DNA from: a virus
Taxonomy: Duplodnaviria > Caudoviricetes
Virus record (IMG/VR): IMGVR_UViG_3300020436_000015
Location: 1-55,142 of that record
Strand: one strand, 5' to 3'
DNA: 55,142 bases
Shown: positions 36,685 to 44,283 of the stretch, piece after piece
Position numbering within the stretch: position 1 is the first letter of the stretch
Layout: every line of letters begins with the position of its first letter
Program-made: the position numbers and the translations under genes
The notes under the pieces: generated by a model
Database searches by the model: none
Seen by the model: the letters and a program-made list of their open reading frames with translations, nothing else
Told to the model about the DNA's origin: nothing

Positions 36685-36768
36685 CTTTAGGAGGATAAAC
36701 ACCTAAACACACACACCAGAAACAAGGGAGTCCATGGTGTGAGATAAGTGTACTCCTATCCCCGCCTG

Positions 36769-36805
36769 TTGCAAGCGCCTCACGGCTTGTATAATATGTT
36801 AGACA
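36769..36805 (+). promoter_or_regulatory. Sigma70-like promoter with operator copy upstream of the integrase leader
   Basis: TTGCAA at 36769, TATAAT/TAATAT at 36790-36797, and TGTATAAT-AT-GTTAGACA at 36788-36805. Confidence 0.65.
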
Positions 36806-36806
36806 A

Positions 36807-36879
36807 GTGGGTACGGCTCTTTTCTCTGTGGAGCCTCAACCGGATGCTTGGGACATGCGAATCCTGTCACCCTGCCCAC
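36807..36879 (+). ncRNA. Putative tRNA-like structured RNA (73 nt) in the integrase leader
   Basis: 7-bp closing stem GTGGGTA/TGCCCAC, D-like stem GCTC/GAGC, stem CTCAA/TTGGG and GACA-TGCGAATCC-TGTC. Not a canonical tRNA. Confidence 0.35.
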
Positions 36880-36929
36880 CCTAACAACGACAACAAAGCA
36901 GTGTTCCACGTAGAACACCGGAGGATAAA

Positions 36930-37943
36930 ATGCTAAAGCTGAAGTACATCCACTCGACGTGGTGGATTGTCGGTACTGTGCGCGTCAACGGCCAGACCAA
37001 ACGAGTACGCCGCAACACAACCATGAAGAAGAACGAGAAGCGAGTTGCGAACGCGCTTCTTCTTGAGTGCATAGACGAGAAGACAGAGCAGATACGTGGT
37101 AATAATCATGTGAGTCCCAAGGTGGTGACCCAGAAGGTCGAGGACATTGTGCGCTTGTATTTGCGTAGACCGGACTCACCCACGGGAACCGATGCCAGCT
37201 TTCTCGTGAATCACTTCATGGAGAGATACAAAGGGCGCAGTGTCTTCGACCTTCGGGCCGATGAGATTATATGCTGGCTCTACGGGTCAGGCAATTCTGC
37301 CGGAACCATCAAGCGAAAGATCACATCCATAAACTCATGCCTTAACTTTGCGAGGAAGGCGGGGATACCTGTGCCAGAAGTAAACCTGTCTAAGCCAGTA
37401 GTAAACGACGAGCGGGAGCGATGGCTCACCGACGAGGAGCGCGACCGCCTTTTGGCGGCGTGCGACGAGGAGCTAAGGCCGATCATTACGTTCCTGTTTT
37501 TCACGGGCGTCCGGTTGGGCGAGGCCAAGGCGCTGACGTGGCAATACGTGCAGGAAGACTGCGTTTTGATTGCGTCTATCAAGGGCAACAGAAGAAAGTT
37601 TTTTCGCTCTGTCCCGCTTCACGCAAGGGCCAAGCAGGCGATGGGCCAGAGGAACGACAGCAACACATTCGTTTTTTCTGAGGCAGATGGTACTGTCTGG
37701 GGTGCGCGTCTCTGGAAATTGTTCAACGAGGCATGCGAGCGCGCAGGCATCGAGGACTTTAGACCGCACGATGCCAGACATACGTTTGCGTCTAGGCTGA
37801 TGCAGGAAGGCGCAGGAATTGAGAACGTCCAAGCGTTGCTTGGGCATAGGAATTTGAATATGACGATGCGGTATGCACATCACGCACCGTCACAATTAAA
37901 GGGTGCTGTCGATCTATTGGGAGACGACAACACGACGGGCTAG
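36930..37943 (+). CDS. int: Tyrosine recombinase/integrase, 337 aa
   Basis: Catalytic R (TGVRLGE), HxxR (HDARHTFAS), LGH and Y (MRYAH). GGAGG RBS. Confidence 0.95.
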   Translation: MLKLKYIHSTWWIVGTVRVNGQTKRVRRNTTMKKNEKRVANALLLECIDEKTEQIRGNNHVSPKVVTQKVEDIVRLYLRRPDSPTGTDASFLVNHFMERYKGRSVFDLRADEIICWLYGSGNSAGTIKRKITSINSCLNFARKAGIPVPEVNLSKPVVNDERERWLTDEERDRLLAACDEELRPIITFLFFTGVRLGEAKALTWQYVQEDCVLIASIKGNRRKFFRSVPLHARAKQAMGQRNDSNTFVFSEADGTVWGARLWKLFNEACERAGIEDFRPHDARHTFASRLMQEGAGIENVQALLGHRNLNMTMRYAHHAPSQLKGAVDLLGDDNTTG

Positions 37944-37947
37944 CGAT

Positions 37948-38202
37948 ATGAGAGTAAGCGAGAACAAAGATAAGGCAGAACTTAGAAGGCAGTTGGAAGA
38001 GGAGGTTCAAGACTTCCTAAATAAAGGTGGCGAGATAAATAAAGTTGAGGTCGGCTCCACGGGCCAGAATGCTATGAAGGTTCCCTTCATGAAACGCAAC
38101 CCAACGAGGGGAGTGAATAAAAAGTTTGATGAGGTTGATAAAAAGAAGAGTGTGTTCGAGGAACTGATGGGAATGTTAGGGGGGAAGAATGAAAAAGATT
38201 AA
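37948..38202 (+). CDS. SutA RNAP-binding-domain-like protein, 84 aa
   Basis: KAELRRQLEEEVQDFLNKGGEINKV resembles the SutA core (amphipathic helix ending FLxxGGxI/V). Confidence 0.6.
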   Translation: MRVSENKDKAELRRQLEEEVQDFLNKGGEINKVEVGSTGQNAMKVPFMKRNPTRGVNKKFDEVDKKKSVFEELMGMLGGKNEKD

Positions 38203-38413
38203 CTTCACCCTAGACAACAGGGTTCACATATCGCCGGAAGACTTGAGGCAGATGACTTGGATTTGCGATCAGGTTATCGACACGGTACTTGCCTTGAAGA
38301 GCAAAGATAGAAGGGCCACGGCCAGTATATTTTGCGAGGCTCTGGCTGACTTCATGATTGACATGAAAATATCCGTAGCGGAAGCGGCCAAGGAAGATGC
38401 ACAGGATTCCTGA
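38189..38413 (+). CDS. Hypothetical protein, 74 aa
   Basis: Overlapping, co-oriented ORF with a G-rich RBS. Confidence 0.65.
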   Translation: MKKINFTLDNRVHISPEDLRQMTWICDQVIDTVLALKSKDRRATASIFCEALADFMIDMKISVAEAAKEDAQDS

Positions 38414-38651
38414 GAGAGACATCAGGTCTATGATTCTGTTCTATCGCTTGTGCGATATGAACGGAGGACAGCCGCAAAGGCTGGCCGACATCTCAAAGGC
38501 TCTGTCTCTGAGCACAGCCAGTGTGAGCAGGCTGTTGTCTAAGTATTCTAAGATCGGCCTGTCTTTGAGAACCCCGGAGGGATTTTGTCCGGGGTCGAAC
38601 AAAGACAAGTACTTAGACAGATGGCTTAACGGCGGCGTCGGCCACCAGTAG
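38397..38651 (+). CDS. Winged HTH DNA-binding protein (IclR/MarR-like HTH), 84 aa
   Basis: RLADISKALSLSTASVSRLLSKY..IGL pattern. Confidence 0.65.
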   Translation: MHRIPERDIRSMILFYRLCDMNGGQPQRLADISKALSLSTASVSRLLSKYSKIGLSLRTPEGFCPGSNKDKYLDRWLNGGVGHQ

Positions 38652-38865
38652 TTACGACGTTAGCAAACTGACTGCTTGTCATAGCATTGGAATCGCCAGA
38701 CAGCGGAGACGATTTCACGTCTGCGTTGGAACCAAAGATTGTGGACGTGTTTGACGCGGCCACCATGTTTGAGTTCTGTCTGCCGAACACAGGGCGCATA
38801 CCACTGGTAGCTTGAGACGCGCCAAAGACGAGACCCCTACCCTTTTTGCTGTCGTATACTGCCAT
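38626..38865 (-). CDS. Hypothetical low-complexity protein, 79 aa
   Basis: TAATG-coupled to the upstream basic peptide; converges on the early arm. Confidence 0.6.
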   Translation of the reverse strand: MAVYDSKKGRGLVFGASQATSGMRPVFGRQNSNMVAASNTSTIFGSNADVKSSPLSGDSNAMTSSQFANVVTTGGRRRR

Positions 38866-38966
38866 TACCTAGTGCGCTTTCTTACTGGCGCTTTCTTTAG
38901 CTTGGCAGACCGTTTCATACTCGGTTTGACCATAGCCTTCTTCATCGACTTTTTCTTTCCACGCAT
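38865..38966 (-). CDS. Small K/M-rich basic peptide, 33 aa, nested in the 3' end of the upstream gene
   Basis: AAGGAG RBS; MRGKKKSMKKAMVKPSMKRSAKLKKAPVRKRTR; stop overlaps the next ATG (TAATG). Confidence 0.6.
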   Translation of the reverse strand: MRGKKKSMKKAMVKPSMKRSAKLKKAPVRKRTR

Positions 38967-39483
38967 TTCTAACTCTCCTTCGATTGGCGAAATACAAAGT
39001 GTCCTCTTCGTCGAACCTATCATAATAGCCAGTTTTTTCTAGGCTCTGAGAGGCGTCATCTAACTCCGATAATGATTGCACAAGAACGACAACAAAGTCG
39101 TCCTCTATTTCCGAAACATACTCTGGGACACCCTCACTTTCTGGCGAGTCTGGGTGGAAGCCCATCAGCCAGACGCCAAAGTGGTTTTCGTTTTGCCTGT
39201 CTATCCAGTTCTCCAATTCCTTTGCGGACAAGTTTTCAAACTCGATCAAGCAACAGACGTGTATTGTGTTTGAGTAACCAGAGACAGGCATCTTCCCTTT
39301 GATCTGTGACACCTCCTCCAGATCATCTATCACATGGATAAACACCAATCCCTCCGACCACGCTGTCTTTGCGTATGGGCAGGGCGGCAGGCCAGCGTAG
39401 AAATCGCTAGGCCTTTCAAGGACATCAAGCGACCACTTGCGTAGGTCGCGCATCACCCTCGCGGCATTCAGTTTTCTTGTCAT
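38869..39483 (-). CDS. DUF1415-like protein, 204 aa
   Basis: LPPCPYAK, GFHPD and LEKTGYY motifs; GGAGG RBS. Confidence 0.65.
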   Translation of the reverse strand: MTRKLNAARVMRDLRKWSLDVLERPSDFYAGLPPCPYAKTAWSEGLVFIHVIDDLEEVSQIKGKMPVSGYSNTIHVCCLIEFENLSAKELENWIDRQNENHFGVWLMGFHPDSPESEGVPEYVSEIEDDFVVVLVQSLSELDDASQSLEKTGYYDRFDEEDTLYFANRRRVRNAWKEKVDEEGYGQTEYETVCQAKESASKKAH

Positions 39484-39850
39484 TCGATAACCCCTCCCTC
39501 TTGAGAAAGTACTCGTAGAAGAAAAGGAAGGCGTCCAGACGCAAGAGGCAAAGACTGTCTCCTGTGCTCATTCTGTTTCTTCGGTTAATTACGATTGGCG
39601 CGTCTTCGTGAGCGCCAGACATATCTTGGTTTCTTTCTGCTTGGGCCAAGGCGTCATGGAAGTTAAGGCGCTCTACCCGCTTTGCCTCTACGAACAGATA
39701 TGGAGTGCCAACTAGGTCTGCTCCGCCATGGCTGGTCAGGTTTCCGCCCCCAGACAGGGGTGCTCGGAAGCTGTCTAGGCCAGTATGTTCATTGATGTAA
39801 GCGGCCAGTTCCCGTTCGTAGTTGTCGCCCTTATTTTTTTGCCTGCTCAA
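39425..39850 (-). CDS. Holliday junction resolvase-like PD-(D/E)XK nuclease, 141 aa
   Basis: KGDNYERELA...ADL...VEAKR, the Hjc-type E-D-ExK arrangement. Confidence 0.8.
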   Translation of the reverse strand: MSRQKNKGDNYERELAAYINEHTGLDSFRAPLSGGGNLTSHGGADLVGTPYLFVEAKRVERLNFHDALAQAERNQDMSGAHEDAPIVINRRNRMSTGDSLCLLRLDAFLFFYEYFLKREGLSNDKKTECREGDARPTQVVA

Positions 39851-40140
39851 TCGTCATACCCCATCTCCCTTCTGCAATCGAGACAGAAGAAATAATTCTT
39901 TGGTCTAGGCTTTGTATCTTTGCACGTCATACAGGGGCGAGTCCACAGCTTAGATGGTTCATCGCGCTTGACTTGGTATTTTGCGCCGTCGAAGTCCTGT
40001 AGCCCTTCCCGAACGAGGATTCTTTTGAGCGTGTCTACGCAACAGCCAACCTTGTCTGCAAGCTCGCTGTAGGGGAGTGTGCTGTGATTTTTTTTGAGCC
40101 AGCACAAGCTCTCATCTGTGACATTCACAGTCTTGGGCAT
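39847..40140 (-). CDS. HTH plus C4 Zn-finger protein, 97 aa (putative transcription factor)
   Basis: YSELADKVGCCVDTLKRIL HTH, then CMTC...CLDC. Confidence 0.7.
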   Translation of the reverse strand: MPKTVNVTDESLCWLKKNHSTLPYSELADKVGCCVDTLKRILVREGLQDFDGAKYQVKRDEPSKLWTRPCMTCKDTKPRPKNYFFCLDCRREMGYDD

Positions 40141-40176
40141 AGGCAATCACCGAGTTTTTACGGAAGATACACACAT

Positions 40177-40357
40177 GTGTAGCTTTTGGCTACACGCAAA
40201 GACAGGTATTTACTTTTACACCCCAGACCGATACACTCGCTTACGAGAACGAGTTCGTCGGTGCGGAGCACCGCCGAACGAGTTTCTCGGAAGTAAGTGA
40301 GTTGCACTCACTTATGTGAGCGGTGCGAACACGAGTGTATCGCCTGTTGTACAACAG
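40177..40357. other. Hairpin-rich non-coding region, candidate replication origin
   Basis: Several inverted repeats (40177-40195, 40235-40302, 40294-40314, 40304-40326) and the palindrome CTGTTGTACAACAG at 40344-40357, in a divergent intergenic gap near the primase-helicase. Confidence 0.45.
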
Positions 40358-40380
40358 AAGAATAGTCAAAAGTTTGGCGC

Positions 40381-40797
40381 ATGTACGAATACAAGATACA
40401 AGAAGTACGGAAGGTGATTGATGGTGATACAGTTCGTTGTGACGTTGATCTTGGTTTTGGTATTGTCCATCGTGGTAGTGGGCGTGGGGTCACTATTCGT
40501 CTTTCTGGAATTGATACTCCCGAGTCAAGAACAAGAGACAGAGAAGAAAAGAAGTACGGACTCGCCGCCAAGGAATTTGTCTACTACTTCCTCGCGCTTG
40601 GACTGACCAACGGCGAAGCAATCCTCAAAACATTTGAGCAAGACAAGTACGGGCGGTGGCTTGGAGACTTCAAGTGTGGAGACCAGTGGCTAACAGAAGC
40701 ATTGCTTGAGGCCCACCACGCAGTCCCGTATCACGGCAAATCAAAAGACGACATCAAAAAACTGCATCTCGCCAACCGAAAGATACTCAAGCTGTGA
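40381..40797 (+). CDS. Thermonuclease (SNase family), 138 aa
   Basis: VIDGDT, IRLSGIDTPE and DKYGRWLG motifs. Confidence 0.93.
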   Translation: MYEYKIQEVRKVIDGDTVRCDVDLGFGIVHRGSGRGVTIRLSGIDTPESRTRDREEKKYGLAAKEFVYYFLALGLTNGEAILKTFEQDKYGRWLGDFKCGDQWLTEALLEAHHAVPYHGKSKDDIKKLHLANRKILKL

Positions 40798-40967
40798 CAG
40801 AAGAAGAACAACGACGACGCAACCGAGAGCTATACCCAGAGTTCGCCGCCTTTGTGGACGAGGTGAGGCGTGTCTTTGGTGACGACTGCGAAGTCGTTAG
40901 CCTAGAAATCAATCCTAAATTTCAAGCCACTCTCGAATCAGCCGGACAGGTCGAGATAAAGTCCTAG
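40794..40967 (+). CDS. Hypothetical protein, 57 aa (not in ORF track)
   Basis: GTGA overlap with the nuclease stop; MTEEEQRRRNRELYPEFAAFVDEVRRVFGDD; its 3' end overlaps the convergent primase gene. Confidence 0.45.
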   Translation: MTEEEQRRRNRELYPEFAAFVDEVRRVFGDDCEVVSLEINPKFQATLESAGQVEIKS

Positions 40968-42813
40968 CTATCTCTTCCGGCTCCTGCCCCTGCAACGCCA
41001 TGTCCTTGGCTCTTTGCTTGGTAGATCGGCTACTCACGATGATCTTGTCATCCGTAGTATCAGAAGCCGCAAACCCTATCCACTGCACTCTGTCGTGTAG
41101 GTCTGTCCACTCCCTGACTTTTCCGTAGCGAATCTCCATCACCATGTAGAGCGAGTATCCATCTGGAACCTTCTGTCTCAGCAGTGGCCAGATCGGCATT
41201 TGGTAGTTGCCGTCCCAGAGGGCCGCGTTCTGCATGGCGGTCTCCTTGTCCTCGAACACCTGAGCCACACGTATCTGTGTCTCCAGAACAGTAAGCTGGT
41301 TCGTGCTTCCCGCTTCCCTGCCTATGCCGTTCTCCGAAGGCTTGTTCGAGTGATGGATCATCACGACGCTCATGCCTGAGTTACGCAGAGCTATCGCCAG
41401 CTTGTTTACCTTAGACCACTCGTCTGCTGAGTTCTCAGACAGGCCGGGATATGCTGACCGGATCGTGTCTATGACGACAACATCAGGATCGGAAAACTCG
41501 ATCCAACCCTGCAATTCAACCAGCCCTTCTCGATGATTTAGGTCTATCTCTTTGTTGTCTACAAAGGGAGTCCAGATGTTTAACCTGTCTTGGGAATCTC
41601 CGTGAGTGTCGCGCATCTCCTTCAAACGTCGGGCTATTGTCGCCATCCCCATCTCGAAATCCAGATACAAGACAGAGGCGGGTTGACCGACCTCGAAGCA
41701 CCCATAGTACTTTTTGCCTGCCGTTAGACAGGACATTGCGTGCTGTACGAAGTAGCTCTTTCCGTGTCCACTGTATCCAAACACCTGCACGATGCTGTTC
41801 TTACCAAGCCACGGTTCGATGTGATACTCCTTGGCACTGCTTTGCTCAAGCAGGTGCTCGGCATCTTTCATCTGGATCAGCTTTCTCTGTCTGTTTGTCT
41901 CCTGCTCTATCCTCTCGTCTACAGGCGATCCTATGAAGACGCCATGCTTGTCGAACCGCTCTGGATGATTCCGTCTTTCGGCTTCCTCCATGCTACGGAC
42001 GGTGGCCTCGAACTCGCTTTCCGGCAGTGCCTCCTCGAAGAACTCCCGCATGAATGCGTAGCCACGAACGCGCAAGTTCGCACCGAAATAACCCTCGATT
42101 ATGCTTTCAGAGACATACCTCATCACCCGTTCATTGCGACCGTTGCCAAGGCCGGACGGTATCTTATTGGTATTTGGGAAGTTTTCTCGCACAAACTTTG
42201 CGGTTCTGTCCCACTCAGACATCCCGTCTTCAAGAGTGACGTTGATGTTTGATAGGTCTAGCGTGTCGAAGGAGAACTCACCCTCAACAGAGACAGGCTT
42301 TAAGGTTGGCCTCCAATCTTCCCAGACGGGCATCTCGTCGTAGTTAAAGACGTGCTGGGGATAGTCCCATGCGTACCCGTTTGATGGTGGCAACACCGCA
42401 TACGACCCATCACCACGAAAGTCCAAGCCATTTATGCGCGGCCAATCGGAGCCGCGTGAGTTGACCCCTGCTCGTGGGCCACGGCGCACACCATCCATCG
42501 GGTGTGAGAAGTATAGGTGTACTCCCCGCTTGGTCTTTACCTTTATAGGTGACCGCATCCCTGCGTCGAACGCGGCGTGCAGTGCGTCTTCGTTGTCACA
42601 ATCTACTACGACAACGCCAGAAACAGCGCCAGTGACCAGAGCAATGTCGTGATCCGGCCACCTTGTCCACCACTCCTCTACTAGCTCGTGGTCTGGGGCT
42701 TCGTTTTGATAGTCTAGCCATTTAACTGCTGGTCTTTTTGCGTCAGGTTTTATTGGAATTATGCTCCATCCACGCTCAAGATAATCGAGCGCGGCCTCCT
42801 TTTTAGTTTTCAT
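40915..42813 (-). CDS. Bifunctional primase-polymerase fused to RecA-like (AAA_25) helicase with C-terminal HTH, 632 aa
   Basis: GWSIIP, VVVDCD, TKRGVHLYF and DFRGDGSYAVLPPS (Prim-Pol); GRNE (PriCT-like); Walker A GYSGHGKS, YLDFEM, Walker B VVVIDT and IHHSNK. Confidence 0.92.
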   Translation of the reverse strand: MKTKKEAALDYLERGWSIIPIKPDAKRPAVKWLDYQNEAPDHELVEEWWTRWPDHDIALVTGAVSGVVVVDCDNEDALHAAFDAGMRSPIKVKTKRGVHLYFSHPMDGVRRGPRAGVNSRGSDWPRINGLDFRGDGSYAVLPPSNGYAWDYPQHVFNYDEMPVWEDWRPTLKPVSVEGEFSFDTLDLSNINVTLEDGMSEWDRTAKFVRENFPNTNKIPSGLGNGRNERVMRYVSESIIEGYFGANLRVRGYAFMREFFEEALPESEFEATVRSMEEAERRNHPERFDKHGVFIGSPVDERIEQETNRQRKLIQMKDAEHLLEQSSAKEYHIEPWLGKNSIVQVFGYSGHGKSYFVQHAMSCLTAGKKYYGCFEVGQPASVLYLDFEMGMATIARRLKEMRDTHGDSQDRLNIWTPFVDNKEIDLNHREGLVELQGWIEFSDPDVVVIDTIRSAYPGLSENSADEWSKVNKLAIALRNSGMSVVMIHHSNKPSENGIGREAGSTNQLTVLETQIRVAQVFEDKETAMQNAALWDGNYQMPIWPLLRQKVPDGYSLYMVMEIRYGKVREWTDLHDRVQWIGFAASDTTDDKIIVSSRSTKQRAKDMALQGQEPEEIARTLSRPVRLIREWLEI

Positions 42814-43016
42814 TATGCCTCCTTGAAATAGGTGTCTAGGTCGATGTCTGGCCTAACCTCCTTGATTTTTTCTAATGCGGTCGATGCGATGTAGCCTCTG
42901 CGTATCCAGCCGTAGGGGGCAGTTCTCTGTACGCCAGTTATCTCGGCCACCTTGGCTGGGCCACCACAGTCATCGATCAAAGATTGGATGTCGATCTTCA
43001 TGTTGCCCTTGTTCAT
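42813..43016 (-). CDS. Cro-like HTH regulator, 67 aa
   Basis: AAGGAG RBS before the ATG at 43016; LIDDCGGPAKVAEITGVQRTAPYGWIRRGYI; TAATG-coupled to the primase. Confidence 0.8.
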   Translation of the reverse strand: MNKGNMKIDIQSLIDDCGGPAKVAEITGVQRTAPYGWIRRGYIASTALEKIKEVRPDIDLDTYFKEA

Positions 43017-43033
43017 ATTTTCTCCTTCGGGGG

Positions 43034-43061
43034 TTGTCAAACCTGTTATACAGGGTACAAT
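43034..43061 (+). promoter_or_regulatory. Sigma70-like promoter with operator copy at the cro/recombination divergence
   Basis: TTGTCA-N16-TACAAT with TGTCAAAC-CT-GTTATACA at 43035-43052. Confidence 0.7.
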
Positions 43062-43117
43062 ACCTTCTCCTGCTAACACAACCGTCATACATAGCTGACG
43101 AAGATTAAGGAGGAAAT

Positions 43118-43552
43118 ATGGCAGAAGACCCGTGGTCTCGCTTTGAGACCCCTATGCAACAATCTGTAAATCAATCTGTAAAAGAGAAACAGCTTGCGCT
43201 TATGAGTAAGCGTTTCTTAGAAGTTACCCAAAAAAAGCAAGAGATAGACTCGGAACTAGAATCACTGACCGACGACATCGCACGCATGTTCCCAGAAATC
43301 GCGGGAACCGAAGCCAAAACTGCTGGGCCTTACGAGGTCTCAGTATCAAGAACCGAAACCTTTAACTGGGACTCCGATGGATTAGCCGAACACTTTGGCG
43401 GTTCTGTCGTGCCTGAGTGTGTCAATCAAAAGTGGACGGTAGACAAGAGGAAGTACCTAAAGCTCAGCAGTAAAGAGCAAGCAGAATTAAGCGACTTCCT
43501 AACTAGGAAACTCAACAAACCTAAAGTGAGGGTAAGCAATGTTCAAAGTTAA
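43118..43552 (+). CDS. Hypothetical protein of the recombination module, 144 aa
   Basis: TAAGGAGG RBS; coiled coil followed by a beta region; precedes the Sak4-like gene. Confidence 0.8.
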   Translation: MAEDPWSRFETPMQQSVNQSVKEKQLALMSKRFLEVTQKKQEIDSELESLTDDIARMFPEIAGTEAKTAGPYEVSVSRTETFNWDSDGLAEHFGGSVVPECVNQKWTVDKRKYLKLSSKEQAELSDFLTRKLNKPKVRVSNVQS

Positions 43553-44282
43553 ATCCACGGGCGGCAAAGTAGATAGTACGCACAAGGTACTTCTATACGC
43601 CCATCATGGTTTTGGTAAGACCTACCAGTGTAGATTCTTTGAGAAGCGTTATGGCAAAGGACTAATACTATCAGGGGAATCCGGCTTGAAATCCGTTGAG
43701 GATGTGTCGATAGATTTCGTGCCGTTTTCAAGCTGGGATGGAGTCCACGATCCAGACGCAGGCATCTACTCATTTCGAGAGATTCTTACCGACTTAATAA
43801 TGGGTGTCGGCAAAGACGACTTTCCCTATTCTTGGATTGCTCTTGACTCACTCACTGAGCTTGGAGACCAAGTTCTCGCTCATAGTGAAAAAGAGAACGA
43901 GCACAACACAAACGCATTCGACGTTTGGAAAGACTACAAAAGGATAATGATTGGCACTCTAAAGATGATTAGGGATATGCCGATCCACGTCTACGTTACT
44001 TGCTTAGCCAAAGAAGAGGCTGACCATAATGGTGTCAATCATTATTGGCCAAATGTCGAAGGAAGGGCGGTTGGCAAACAGATACCAGCCATTTTCGATC
44101 ACGTCTTTTGTGGTGTCAGGAGCACAGACAAATCAGACAACACAGTAAAGGTAACACGCCACATCATCACCGAAGAGGTGGATGGTTGGCATGGAAAAGT
44201 CAGAGACCCTCTCAACGCTCTTGCTCCAAGAGAGAAGGTATCTGACATCACTGAACTCTTAGTAAAAATCCAAGGAGAATAA
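43539..44282 (+). CDS. Sak4-like ssDNA-annealing ATPase (AAA_24), 247 aa
   Basis: LLYAHHGFGKT, ESGL and IALDSLTE motifs; followed by SSB. Confidence 0.85.
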   Translation: MFKVKSTGGKVDSTHKVLLYAHHGFGKTYQCRFFEKRYGKGLILSGESGLKSVEDVSIDFVPFSSWDGVHDPDAGIYSFREILTDLIMGVGKDDFPYSWIALDSLTELGDQVLAHSEKENEHNTNAFDVWKDYKRIMIGTLKMIRDMPIHVYVTCLAKEEADHNGVNHYWPNVEGRAVGKQIPAIFDHVFCGVRSTDKSDNTVKVTRHIITEEVDGWHGKVRDPLNALAPREKVSDITELLVKIQGE

Positions 44283-44283
44283 T

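Noticed and set aside
36807-36879. Canonical tRNA gene
   Set aside because: Lacks TTC in the T loop, correct T-arm spacing, a 7-nt anticodon loop and CCA. Retained only as a tRNA-like element.
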